32,565 nucleotides of DNA from Trypethelium eluteriae (lineage: Eukaryota). Position 1 is the stretch's first letter, and every line of letters starts with the position of its first letter. This document shows positions 22,801-32,565 of the stretch, one piece after another. The stretch lies in contig JAVECL010000257.1 of NCBI GenBank assembly GCA_051942245.1, forward strand, positions 1-32,565, in the 5' to 3' direction. Under the pieces are notes generated by a model that worked only from the letters and a program-made list of their open reading frames with translations, had not been told where the DNA came from and ran no database searches. The translations under genes and the position numbers were made by a program.

Positions 22801-23164
22801 CCTTCCTCTTTTTCGTGAGAGTGATATCAAGATCCACGAGATTCAGGACGAAAACAGTGGGCCTCTCATGGACTTGGAAGCACTAATGACAGAGTTTGAG
22901 ACTGAGCTTACTGAAACCTCTACTACACTTGTGTCGTTCCTTCAGAATACCTGGAGTAAGAGAATGATGAAATACTTTGAAGAACCTAGTGATAATATTG
23001 TGGCCCAAACGTATATCGGAGACGTGGAGGTCTGCTTATCTCAGGACGAAGAGTATTACAAAGCTGGCCAGGAGCGCATTCGACTCTGGTCTGAGGGGTT
23101 TGAAGAGGTTGATGGAATGGATTCGAATTGCAACTCAACCAATTTTATCTGTCATACGCCTTAA
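19812..23164 (+). pseudogene. HeLo-like N-terminal domain + ankyrin + Cys-rich C-terminal protein with premature stops
   Basis: MTDPLSISSGAAGAVSLGIQVCQGLVKYY and LYPFRKDTL (HeLo-like N-terminus); GEASPYDTDEWGNTLL, GENVLHLACGW, GLLPLHYAI (ankyrin); DSCACACSIAGCLP and FIALGLSHTCC. Introns 20258-20308, 21129-21183, 21306-~21355. In-frame TAG at 20349-20351 and TAA at 21229-21231 in the spliced frame. Confidence 0.78.
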
Positions 23165-23797
23165 CGCTTAGGTGTAGCAGATTTAAATTACAGATATAAC
23201 TAGATCAATCCCATTCACATTACGAGATATATCCTCGGAATATAGCGGCACTAATAATCTTGTATCATCTCTCATCGTCAGAGCAGCAAATTGGATGTGC
23301 TGGATGGGTTAATACATTAAGGTAGGTACAGAGGTTTCGGAAGTTCGTGGGTGCACGGCTGTCGTATATCCAAAGATGAGGTGCTCCCATGCGTGGATAA
23401 ATCCAAGTTCCGGCTTGGTCTTACGTACGGATAAATCTGAGTCTCGGTCTCATACAAGATCCAGCTGTGTGCAGTTTGTGACACTTATTAAATTCTTGAA
23501 ATACGGTAGCAGCGACCTGTAGGTTCGGCTCTTGAAACCCCCATGTTCTGGTTTGATGAGGTTAAAGATAGTATGGGGAAACAAGACAGCAGCAAAGGCT
23601 AACATGGTAATCAGTTACTGACACATATGGAGCTAACAAGAATGTTTGGTCAAATCTTTTCTGTTCTACATATACTAATTTCTGCAGTTAGTTGAGCATT
23701 CCTGTGCAGCAATTAGGAAGAAGGTGAAATGAGGCCCCTACAATACTAGGGCTAGGATATTAGTGTCCGTGCTTTCCGCGGTACTTTTGCCGCTATT

Positions 23798-23853
23798 TTA
23801 GGCCGAACTTGGTAGCTGATTCACCGGAACACCGACTTTCGTAGGCAATGCCT
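23798..23853 (+). repeat. Short dispersed direct repeat, copy 1 (partner at 30520-30574)
   Basis: ttaggccgaacttggtagctgattcaccggaacaccgactttc vs ttaggccaaaattagtagccgattcaccggaatacccactttc: 37 of 43 positions identical. Confidence 0.75.
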
Positions 23854-23935
23854 GTTAACCGCCATGTGGGTTGTAATTCAATCATCACACACCAACGGTT
23901 TTTCATAAATTCGTAACATGCTCGCAACGTCACTA

Positions 23936-24109
23936 CCTTACCGCGGCTGGGGGATTCCTCAACTGGTGATTAATACAATGTTACCTCATTTTAACTGTTA
24001 CAACTATGTTTACCCATGTTAAGGCGGTTTTAATGTAAGCCAACAAAGTTATAACAGTAAAGTCGAAATGACATTGTATTGATTACCAGTTGAGGATCCC
24101 CCCAGCCGC
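23936..24109. mobile_element. Fold-back MITE-like element, copy A (just 3' of the NLR stop codon)
   Basis: TA|ccttaccgcggctgggggattcctcaactggtgattaatacaatg...cattgtattgattaccagttgaggatccccccagccgc. Imperfect inverted arms of ~80-85 bp with almost no spacer; the right terminus lacks ggtaagg. Confidence 0.85.
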
Positions 24110-24116
24110 ATCTAAA

Positions 24117-27100
24117 TCAGTTGTCAGCACGGAGAAAACTCTCGCCTTTCCAAAAGTTCTCCCAAGCCTTGGGCCACCGCTCTTCTTTGAGCGATTGGAG
24201 CCATTCTTTGAACTCGATTTCTTCCTCGCCGATGCGGATGACTCCGTTCTTCACCCCTCGCCAGCCGTCAACCGGACCTTTGACATATGCATGGTCTTTG
24301 CCGCACCAGTCGTACCAGTACGCCGTATTCGGCTCACCCCGGTTCCATGCCATGCGCTTCTGTTCGATGTCAGTCTGGTGGGAATGCGTACCTTACCGCT
24401 GGGGGGTGCCTCGACTAGTGATTGGTACAATGTGGTTTCGGCTTTACCATGTTGGCCCATTTTGGCCCATTTTAAAGCGGCATCAACATAGCCCAACATG
24501 GCCGTAACAGTAAAGTCGAAATAGCATTGTATCGATCACCAGTCGAGGCACCCCCCAGCCGCGGTAAGGTAGTCGAGAGAAATCGAAGGGAACGTACCTC
24601 ATAGCATGCCTCGCATAGGTCGCAATTGCCGCAATGGATGCACATGTACATGACGCCATCGGTCCAATCTGTTTCACCGAAGTCACAATTGCCATCACAG
24701 GAAACGCCACGTTCGTACTCGGGGAGAAGGTCTCCAACCACATTTTCTTCCTCTTCCTCCTCTGGATTTTGTGCGTTCTCATGAGCCTTGGCCTCATCTC
24801 CACTATCTACAGTCAGTTCCTCGACCTGGCTCGCTAATTCGGTCGTGAGCTCAGTAAGTTGCGGCTCCGCGATCTTAACTGCGTGGGTCTTGACTGTGAC
24901 TTCAACCGTCGGATCGCTATCCTTGAATTTATGCTCGTTGGTATCATCGCATCCGGTCGCATTCCCTTCCTTGTCTTCGTTGGCTTCTTCATCACTACGG
25001 ACCTCTTCATTCTCATCAGGATGCTCAACGTCGGGATCCGTGATGGAATACTGGCACGAGAGCGCAATCTGAGCATCTCTTCTAAGGCCCGGGACGCATG
25101 CTAAAGCCTTGGCTAGCAGTCGAAAGCTCGTTGAGTCATTGTTTCCAACCTTGTCTGTGAGACCTGCCACACATGTTTGGAACATACTCTCCATCATTTC
25201 TCGAAACTTTACTGGCGAACCAATCGTCCTGGTCATCAACGCCTGCATCACAAGTACCGGTGATTCATTCAGCTCTTCCTCGGAGCGCTTAGCCGCTTCG
25301 TCTCCTTCTGTGCCGATTTTGATGATCGGTAGCTTCATCATCGTATCAAGAAGCTTCAGCTTTTCCTGGGGATCGCCGGATTGACGGAATAATTGAAAGA
25401 GGTTATCGCACAGAGCTTGCCGCACGACATACAGCACGCCTTCCAAGTTTTCCGCGTCATCATCTGAATACTCTACATCCAGTACCTCCATCGCAACATC
25501 ACGCGCTTTCCTTAGATCGTTCACGGCAATCTTGTAGAAGAGGGCAAGGTCGCCCTTGGCCTGAGCGCATTTGCTAGACGTACGACCTACAGTCTTGAGG
25601 TAAGATTCATAGAGGCCAACCGTAATTGAGTGACCCCGTTCGCCATGTCGCTTCGCACACATGTGTAGTGCGCGACTGGCAGAGGCGTCTTGACTATAGT
25701 CAACTTCCATGACAAAAGTGATCCACTTCAGGCGCTCGGCCGGCGTCCAGGATTCAATAATGTCAAAGTATCTTGCTGGATTGACGGCGTCCTCTGCCCA
25801 TACGTTTGCATTGATGTCAAACTGCTCAATGTTGACCATGGCGTTGAGTAACACAGGTAGAAGAGTATCAACATCTGGTCGCACAGCGCGTGACTCATTG
25901 TAAGCAGCCAGAGCGTCGTCGATGCGTTGCAGGCATCGAAGCATGGCGGCTTTGCCGATCAAGATGCCTTCTACCACTATGACCCACGTCTCGTCATGTT
26001 GCCACCCTTCCGGTAATAGTGCAATAGCAGATGTAATGTGCTGTAGGGCTTCTTCTAATTTTGCTCTGCCAGGCAGCGGCAATTTCGCATCATTGCCCGT
26101 GCCTGACTGCCCAATAGAGACTGCTTGTGCATCTACGTTGTCTCTTGACGCAGTCTCACTCGGCTGCGGTGACTCTTTGCAAGTCTCGTTGGCAGTCTCG
26201 GGGTCTTCATCTACTGCACTAGTGGCTCCTCCGTTCTCCGCAGCTTGCGCAGCTGCAAAATTCATTCCGTAGCCCGCCATATAAAGATTGAAGCTTTGGA
26301 TCCAGTGGGTTCGGAAGCGATTTCTAGGGCTTGGGTCCTCAAGCTCCAAAGCTTTACGTGCGTATTCCTCCGACAGGTCGTACTGCTGACGTCGCTGCAA
26401 TACATGAGCGATGGCACGGAAAGCATCGACACTTTTGCTGTCAACATCTGGGAAGTGCTCTAGCACTCTGACAATGTCAAGCTTCTCATCGGCCCCAACC
26501 GTGAAAACGCCGGCAGTGATTAAAGCTGATCGGGTGTAGAGGAAGGTATTCTCTACCAGGCGTCTGCTGAGCGGATCAAATTGATTGCTGCTTTATGGTT
26601 AGCCAGAACCTTGCAAAGTGATATGGCGGCTGGGGGGTTCCTCAACTGGTGATCAATACAATGTTACCTCAGACTAAATGTTGTGACCATGTTGGCCCAT
26701 GTGAAGGCGGTGTTAACATGGACCAACAAGGTTATGACAGTAAAGTCGAAGTAATATTGTATTGATCACCAGTCGAGGCACCCCCCAGCTGCCGTAAGGC
26801 AGTCGTCTATTAACATACCTGACGTGACCTCGTGCGAGCGGCAAGAGTGCTTTCTGAGGCATGTCGGACAAATCTTTGGCCCAGTCCTTCAGCTTCGAAG
26901 GGACGTCGTCAATACCCTTCGATAGCTGCAAGAAGGCCTTGAACTTTGCCAGGAAACACGTTTGCTTCTCCAGGTCATCATAATACAAAGCCTTGTATGT
27001 CTCGAACGATGCAGCTACATTATTCTCGTTGTTGAAGATTGTTGACAGCCCTCCAAGGACTTTTGATACGTGCTCGGCCGCGACATCAATTTTAACAAAG

Positions 27101-29551
27101 TGGTGAGCCCAGTAGTGTGCTGCATAAGCGTGCAAGCACGGCTTTTCCACCACCTCTACGGGAGCTTTGTCGCACAATAGTCGAACGAGAACTTCGAAGA
27201 TTAGTAAGTGGCTGTGTTCGGCCGACGTGCGTAGTCCGTCATCTTCCACATTCACGGCGCGAAAATAATCGCGCATTGACCGTTCTTGCAGTGCAATCCG
27301 TGTCTTTCCCCTTTCGCTCAGAAGTTCAGCATCGTGGTCACCACTGCCGCCATCGCTCTCATCGGCCTGATAATCAGCGACGTGATCGCTATCGTCAGCC
27401 TCGTCCTCGTCTCGACCAAGATCCAGTAAACGAGCAGAGCGGCCAATGACCTCGTCTTCAATATCAAATGTGCCGTCAGGATCGGTCAGTTTGACAAGGT
27501 CAGTTGCCTCATCCAAAGACAAGGGCCGCTCACTGTAGGCCAGCACTGCAAATAGAGTCTTGAGCGTCAGATACTGCGCATGAGTTCGACCTCTCTGGCA
27601 TTCCTCCAATAGAAGCTTGTAGAGTTCTTCCAAACTGTCCGGCAAGTTCTTTTCGAGTTCTTTCAGAACAGCTCCTTCTCGCCCAATGGCACTCAATCTT
27701 CGAAGCATGTGCTCAACGTAGAGCATGCTATCAGCCCTCTCGCCTAGTTTTTGTGCTATTCTTCGTTTGGTTTGTCGATGGAATTTTCGAAGTCTCGGTA
27801 AAGACCGGGTTCGGGCAGCAACAAGGAGTTGCATGTCTGCTGAGATGCGTTCCTTGGACAAACGTATCACCCTCGGAAGGTCCTCTGCGAATAGAGCTTC
27901 AAGAGAGGGTCGCCCCGTGAACAAGACACGAATGTTGAGGTTTGCGCTAGGGAGCTGCCGGATCAGTGTGACAATGGCTTCTTGATCTGCCGGACGCGCC
28001 TCGTCAACTCCATCCAGAATGAAATAGAGATGAGCCTGCGAGTCGGACGGGAACCGTGATGCAAAGAATTGGGACCACGGGTCGTCATCAGCGTTTTCCT
28101 TTGCAATCTCTGCTGCAACGACTTCGAGGTAGGTCGGGTTGGAATCGGCAATTTGTAACACAGCGCAGCGAAGTGCATTGCGGAGCGATCTTAATGCATC
28201 TTGGTCTTCTCGGAAGAAGAAACTTGCGACAGACACGTGTTCTTCATGCCGATGCTCGAGGTTTGAGGCGATTAGGTGCGCAAGAAATGACTTGCCGGTT
28301 CCAGCACCGCCAGCGAGCCAAATGGCTGGTATTTCTCCATCTGTCCAAGACTTGTATGTGTCGTCTTCGAAGATCCACTTGTTGGTGCCTTCAACAAAGG
28401 ACTCGGCAATTTCTTTACGCTGAGCTCTGATAATATTGCGCGCTTCTGCACCGTCAGAGAAATGGCGCTTGACTTGAGCATTTCTGTATCTCCTGCTCTC
28501 GGTTGCGCTTGCGCCCTTTCCAGATTTCTCTGGTTTGCTGTCAGCCTGTTTTTCTGAGTTCGATTGTTTCAACTCTCGATTCTGGTTTTACGATCTACGT
28601 TAGTTGAGAGCAAATATCAGCCAAGGAACCGACTTTGGCACGCACCATCATCTCCTTTAAATCAGCACGAAGCTGCTGCGTCTGGGCTTCCATTCGAGCT
28701 ACTCCTTCAAAGCCAGAAGTCATTGCACGCCGAAGACCGCCGAGTTCAAGAAGGGATTCTTCTTGTCCCTCCCTCAATGTGCTTATATCGCGGTGCGTGT
28801 CGACGGTGATGGATTTGATCTCTTGCTGTGAGATGAGGATGTCATCTGTCTTGCCTTCGATGCGTGTGGTAACCTCCTGAACATCAACGAGAACTGACAA
28901 TGTTGCAAGTCCCACTGCCTGATGAAGCTTTACAATGGCATCGTCCATTGTACTGTATACCCCAGCCAACTTTGGATCACCTGCACCGTCGACAAGGTTC
29001 TTCGCCCATTTCTTGAACCGGCCCTTTGACTTGTAGTCCGCGGCGATGCCAGCAATGGTCAACATGGCACTGAACACCTTTCGAATGCAACGTTCGAACG
29101 GCCCCAACTTGGGGGATTTGTTCTCGACCATGGATATTTGATCAAAGAATGAGCCCATTTGGTTGTAGAATCCGCTCACTCGGTCGTAGTCGGCTTTGAC
29201 ATCCTTAAAGGTCTGGAATACCACGGTAAATGCCGTCATTAACGCCGTTGCGGGCAATGCAGGTGGAAAGGCACCAGCGGCGTCAGCGGCCATTTTTGCA
29301 CCAGTCACGACTTTTTGGATTGAGTTGAGATTGTTTCCGAGAAGCGACCTCACATGGTCCACCTTGCCTTTATCGTGTCGCCAGGCGCTGAACTTTTCTG
29401 ACTGCTGCTTTGCACTGTCCATTGCCTCATCCATAGACTTAAAGTGCCACTGGGTGAGATCCAGTTTTGTCGAACCCTTGAAATCAGCAATGGCCTCTTC
29501 CCAGAGATTGGCCAAGTCCGAGGCATCCTCTTCAGGAGGCTGCGTAGCCAT
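24117..29551 (-). CDS. NLR/STAND protein: Goodbye-like N-terminus - NACHT - helical/TPR-like region - ZZ-type zinc finger; exons 29551-28646, 28581-26819, 26587-24598, 24359-24117, ~1633 aa
   Basis: LANLWEEAIADFK...FSAWRHDKGK (Goodbye-like), Walker A WLAGGAGTGKS, Walker B YFILDGVDE, YSERPLSLDE, YAAHYWAHHF, C-terminal SCDGNC...CIHCGNCDLCEACYE|K...WCGKDH. All three GT-AG introns restore the frame (4902 coding nt). Confidence 0.9.
24391..24569. mobile_element. Fold-back MITE-like element, copy B (inside NLR intron 24360-24597), flanked by TA on both sides
   Basis: TA(24389-90)|ccttaccgctggggggtgcctcgactagtgat...atcaccagtcgaggcaccccccagccgcggtaagg|TA(24570-71). Removing the element and one TA leaves a canonical 57-nt intron. 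Confidence 0.88.
26626..26799. mobile_element. Fold-back MITE-like element, copy C (inside NLR intron 26588-26818)
   Basis: gcggctggggggttcctcaactggtgatcaatacaatg...tattgtattgatcaccagtcgaggcaccccccagctgccgtaagg. The left terminus is truncated; the remaining intron is 57 nt. Confidence 0.85.
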
Positions 29552-29774
29552 CTTGGGAAGCGCGAAAAAAAATAGCTGGGGGTTGCCTGGACACTTTTTT
29601 CCTAGAATAGTGTTTTTCCCACGAGATAGGACGAGTCGAGAAGCTCCACCTCAAGGGCACGCAGTGGTCTTCAAGGGCTTAACAGTAGTTGTGAAGGACG
29701 AGCCTCCGCCTGTAGTCGCTTGAAGGGGCAAAAGACTCGACTTGGCTTACAACACTTGTTGACAGGGCGCTAAG

Positions 29775-29788
29775 CTATATATATAAGC
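29775..29788 (-). promoter_or_regulatory. Candidate TATA element for the NLR gene
   Basis: TATATATATA run about 225 nt upstream of the ATG at 29551. Positional evidence only. Confidence 0.35.
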
Positions 29789-30519
29789 GGCTCAGTCTCC
29801 ATCACAATAGATGCTGAGCTCGCACTGATTAGTGTACTGGGACATGCCGCAAGAAGTCAAACCAACAAGAGGCCGAAGCTCGCGCGGCTGAATGAGCTGA
29901 ATGATTAAAGGGTAGCCAAGTTGACTGCCTGTCGCCGCAAGCGGGACCAGACCTAGTGTCACCGGTGCAGCTATGGGGGGTACCCTAAGCTGATCGTCAG
30001 GCCTTCTAGAGTACCGGAGATTGACTGTACGTTCTTCTCCTTAACTTTGTCCTGTGAATTGCGCATTTTCGGATCGTGCTCGAAGGTGTGGAGTCTTTTG
30101 ATCAGAACTTTGAGAAGACCCAGTGTTCCAAAGGTATGCACACTTGAATGATCGTTCGAAAGATCGATGTCCTGGGACGGGTTGCTTTTCGAGAATGGAG
30201 GCGCCTGGAAAGTCGCGATAGCCCTGACGTGTCTCTATCTAACCTATTACGGCTAGAAAGAAGTGCCCGAAATTGGGCACCAGCCACCACCACCAAAAAG
30301 TGGAATCGAAGCAAATTCAGTACATCCATACATTTATTTATCTATTTATCGGCATCTACGCAGAATTCGCAGAGCTTCGGGCCAAATGAACTATTATTAA
30401 TTAGTTCAACCCCTATATTCGAATATGGCGAACGCAAATTACAGCTTCAGGAGATGCTGATTTGGTCGTGATGGCTCGCGCCCAATTTCGGCCACTTCTA
30501 ATAATAAAGCAGCGGCCAA

Positions 30520-30574
30520 TTAGGCCAAAATTAGTAGCCGATTCACCGGAATACCCACTTTCCCTGGCGTGCCT
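30520..30574 (+). repeat. Short dispersed direct repeat, copy 2 (partner at 23798-23853)
   Basis: 37/43 identity to the copy at 23798, same orientation. Confidence 0.75.
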
Positions 30575-30911
30575 CTTCTAATCACGTGAGATTTTTAGTC
30601 ATTTGACAAGTTCTCAGCAATAGTGACTACCGTAGGCGGTGCGAGAGATAATGAAGAGAAAAAAGGAAGGGTCTGTAGAAAGCAGATGCGTTCGACTAGT
30701 ACAAATATGGCAATCGCTTTCACCAATCCAGTAAATTTCCCGAAGCCCTAGAAGCTACTTCCTTGAACACCATGCATCTACAGAATGACTCGCCCTAAAT
30801 TTTCTCCGCCGTAACCGTTATAGTATTCTCTTATCTTCCCATAACGACAGGGATAGCACATCTCACTTTGCTTCTACTCTCAAGCATACCCACTATTTGC
30901 GCAGGGAAGCC

Positions 30912-31526
30912 ATGGCTGAAGCAAGTGTCAAATTCATGCCGAAGGGACAGTGTCTTCGTCAAGAAATTCTCGAATGCTCACTCGAGAACTTTCGCAAATC
31001 ACAACCGAACGATTACGATAAGGTGGTTGTTGGAGCAGCTATATTTGAAAGTTCCTCAGATTCAAACCTTCTGCCGACTCCAAGGCTTCTTCTACTGAAG
31101 CGAGCTGCCCATGAGAAACAATTCCCCAATGTTTTCGAGCTCCCAGGCGGACATGTTGAGCCACAAGATTCAAGTATTCAGCATGCCATTGTGCGTGAAG
31201 TACAAGAGGAAACAGGCCTGGATGTCACAGATATCATTACCGAGCTGGAGCCAATGCTCTATACCACTGAGGAAAAAAGTTTCAGTGACATTAGCCGAGA
31301 AGCTCCGATCTCAAAGAGCACTATTCAGTTGAACTATATTGTTTCTGTATCCGGATATGACGTTAAACTCAACCCAGATGAACATTCAGATCACTCGTGG
31401 ACCACAGAGCAAAATGTGGCCGAGCTACCTATGTCAAGCAAGATGAGAATTGTGGTACACGAAGCATTCAGGTGGGCTGTTGAGTATACTCAGCCAGGCT
31501 TGAATGAATCTGAAAAGGGGCCTTGA
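30912..31526 (+). CDS. Nudix hydrolase
   Basis: LLLLKRAAHEKQFPNVFELPGGHVEPQDSSIQHAIVREVQEETGL (Nudix box), VKLNPDEHSDHSW. First ATG at 30912. Confidence 0.93.
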   Translation: MAEASVKFMPKGQCLRQEILECSLENFRKSQPNDYDKVVVGAAIFESSSDSNLLPTPRLLLLKRAAHEKQFPNVFELPGGHVEPQDSSIQHAIVREVQEETGLDVTDIITELEPMLYTTEEKSFSDISREAPISKSTIQLNYIVSVSGYDVKLNPDEHSDHSWTTEQNVAELPMSSKMRIVVHEAFRWAVEYTQPGLNESEKGP

Positions 31527-32028
31527 ACGAGAATTTGCCACACTGTATTGTCAAGACGTCGGATTTTGAAGGGACTTCCGAACTCCCTGCTGAAATCTGA
31601 TAGGATTGATCTCTATGGCTACCTTATAATCTGATCGACAGGTCAAGCATTTAGGTGATTCTGAGCCAGTCCGACGCAGTTACGTGCGTGCAATCCAGCA
31701 CCGTCCTGCGTTTGGACAGACTGAAATCGAAGGAAATACTTCACAGGCCTCTCAGTCTCCTGCTTCAATAGCAATTCTGTTACTGTTTGATTTGAGAGCG
31801 CACTGATCCAAGTCATGGACATCAAAATGGGATAATACAATAAGCATTGTGATTGGCTGATGATCCCTGTCCAAATTCACCAAATTGAGCTTTGGTCTGG
31901 TTTTAATTATGTGAGAAGTGTGGCCCCGAGCTAACCGCGTTCCTAACCACCCCACCTAACCAACATTAGGATTCGAGAAGTGAGGAAAAGGTTATCAGTC
32001 ATTTCTCAATCATTTCGGAACTCCTTCC

Positions 32029-32565
32029 ATGGCTACTCTCAAAGTGCTCTCTCGTCGTTTCCATAATCAGCCCCTTCATACCCAAATCATCGCCAAACTC
32101 ACAATTCCCTCTCAGAAACGCGCCATGTCCTCATCCAAACCTCCCAGTCCCTTCAACTCCTACCTCGTCAACCCCAGCGAACTCCACACCGCGCTCCAAT
32201 CCACCTCTCCCGCCTCCAATCCGCGCCTCATCCCCCTCTGCGGCACCTGGTTCCTCCCGAACGACCCCCAAAAGCGCACCGGCCGCTCCACCTACCTCGC
32301 CCGCCGCCTCCCCGGCGCCCGCTTCTTCGACCTCGACGCCATCTCCGACACCTCTTCTCCCTACCCACACATGCTTCCCTCGCCCGCACACTTCGCGTCG
32401 TCGATGTCGCGGTTGGGGCTCCGCAACGACGACACGCTGGTGGTGTACGACTCCGCCGAGCTCGGCATCTTCAGCGCGCCGCGAGTCGCGTGGCAGATCC
32501 GTGTGCTGGGGCATCGCGGGGCGGTGCATGTGTTGGATAATTTTCGGGTGTGGGTGGAGGAGGGG
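32029..32565 (+). CDS. TUM1: Rhodanese-type 3-mercaptopyruvate/thiosulfate sulfurtransferase, 5' part (runs off the window)
   Basis: Manual translation: YLVNPSEL...LCGTWFLPNDPQKRTG...RLPGARFFDLDAISDTSSPYPHMLPS...LGLRNDDTLVVYDSAELGIFSAPRVAW...VHVLDNFRVWVEEG. In-frame ATGs at 32029 and 32125. Missing from the ORF track because no stop lies within the window. Confidence 0.92.
   Translation, partial: MATLKVLSRRFHNQPLHTQIIAKLTIPSQKRAMSSSKPPSPFNSYLVNPSELHTALQSTSPASNPRLIPLCGTWFLPNDPQKRTGRSTYLARRLPGARFFDLDAISDTSSPYPHMLPSPAHFASSMSRLGLRNDDTLVVYDSAELGIFSAPRVAWQIRVLGHRGAVHVLDNFRVWVEEG

Noticed and set aside
24360..24597. Stwintron or introner interpretation (second AG|GTACGC donor-like site near 24391)
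   Set aside because: The element is internal to an otherwise normal 57-nt intron. The extra donor would leave only about 32 nt to the acceptor, and the single intron already restores the frame.
24472..24597. ORF-track C-terminal tails here and at 26713-26818, including the similar peptides LPYxxWGVPRLVI
   Set aside because: These are translations of the intronic repeat element, not protein repeats.
23936..26799. Repeats read as a CRISPR array, tRNA or rRNA
   Set aside because: Eukaryotic context, long palindromes with irregular spacing and exons in between, no cas genes, no cloverleaf.
30102..30471. Short ORFs between the NLR and the Nudix gene
   Set aside because: No recognisable motifs or splice support.
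32131..32529. 132-aa minus-strand ORF
   Set aside because: Antisense shadow of the plus-strand rhodanese gene.

Overview
Eukaryotic, intron-containing DNA from a filamentous ascomycete (short GT-AG introns with CTRAC branch points). Left to right: a multi-exon cytochrome P450 (-); a PNP_UDP-domain effector followed by a disrupted NACHT-ankyrin NLR (+); a hypothetical protein; a DJ-1/PfpI gene (-); an HD-hydrolase pseudogene (-); a Zn2Cys6 transcription factor (+); an epoxide hydrolase with a signal peptide (-); PLAC8 (+); APC11 (-); an alpha/beta-hydrolase pseudogene (-); a HeLo-like/ankyrin pseudogene (+); an intact ~1633-aa Goodbye-NACHT-TPR-like-ZZ NLR (-); a Nudix hydrolase (+); and the start of a rhodanese/3-mercaptopyruvate sulfurtransferase (+). 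Two things stand out. (1) A candidate two-gene amyloid-signalling system: the spliced C-terminus of the PNP_UDP effector and the N-terminus of the adjacent NLR share the motif FxGxxxTxGGxxFxGNxFxxxGGxxxF. Each copy is cut off by a phase-1 intron, so skipping both motif exons would give an in-frame all-in-one PNP_UDP-NACHT-ANK protein. (2) Three copies of a ~175-180-bp fold-back (MITE-like) element lie in two introns and just past the stop codon of the second NLR. All family calls are from motif recognition by eye; no database searches were run.
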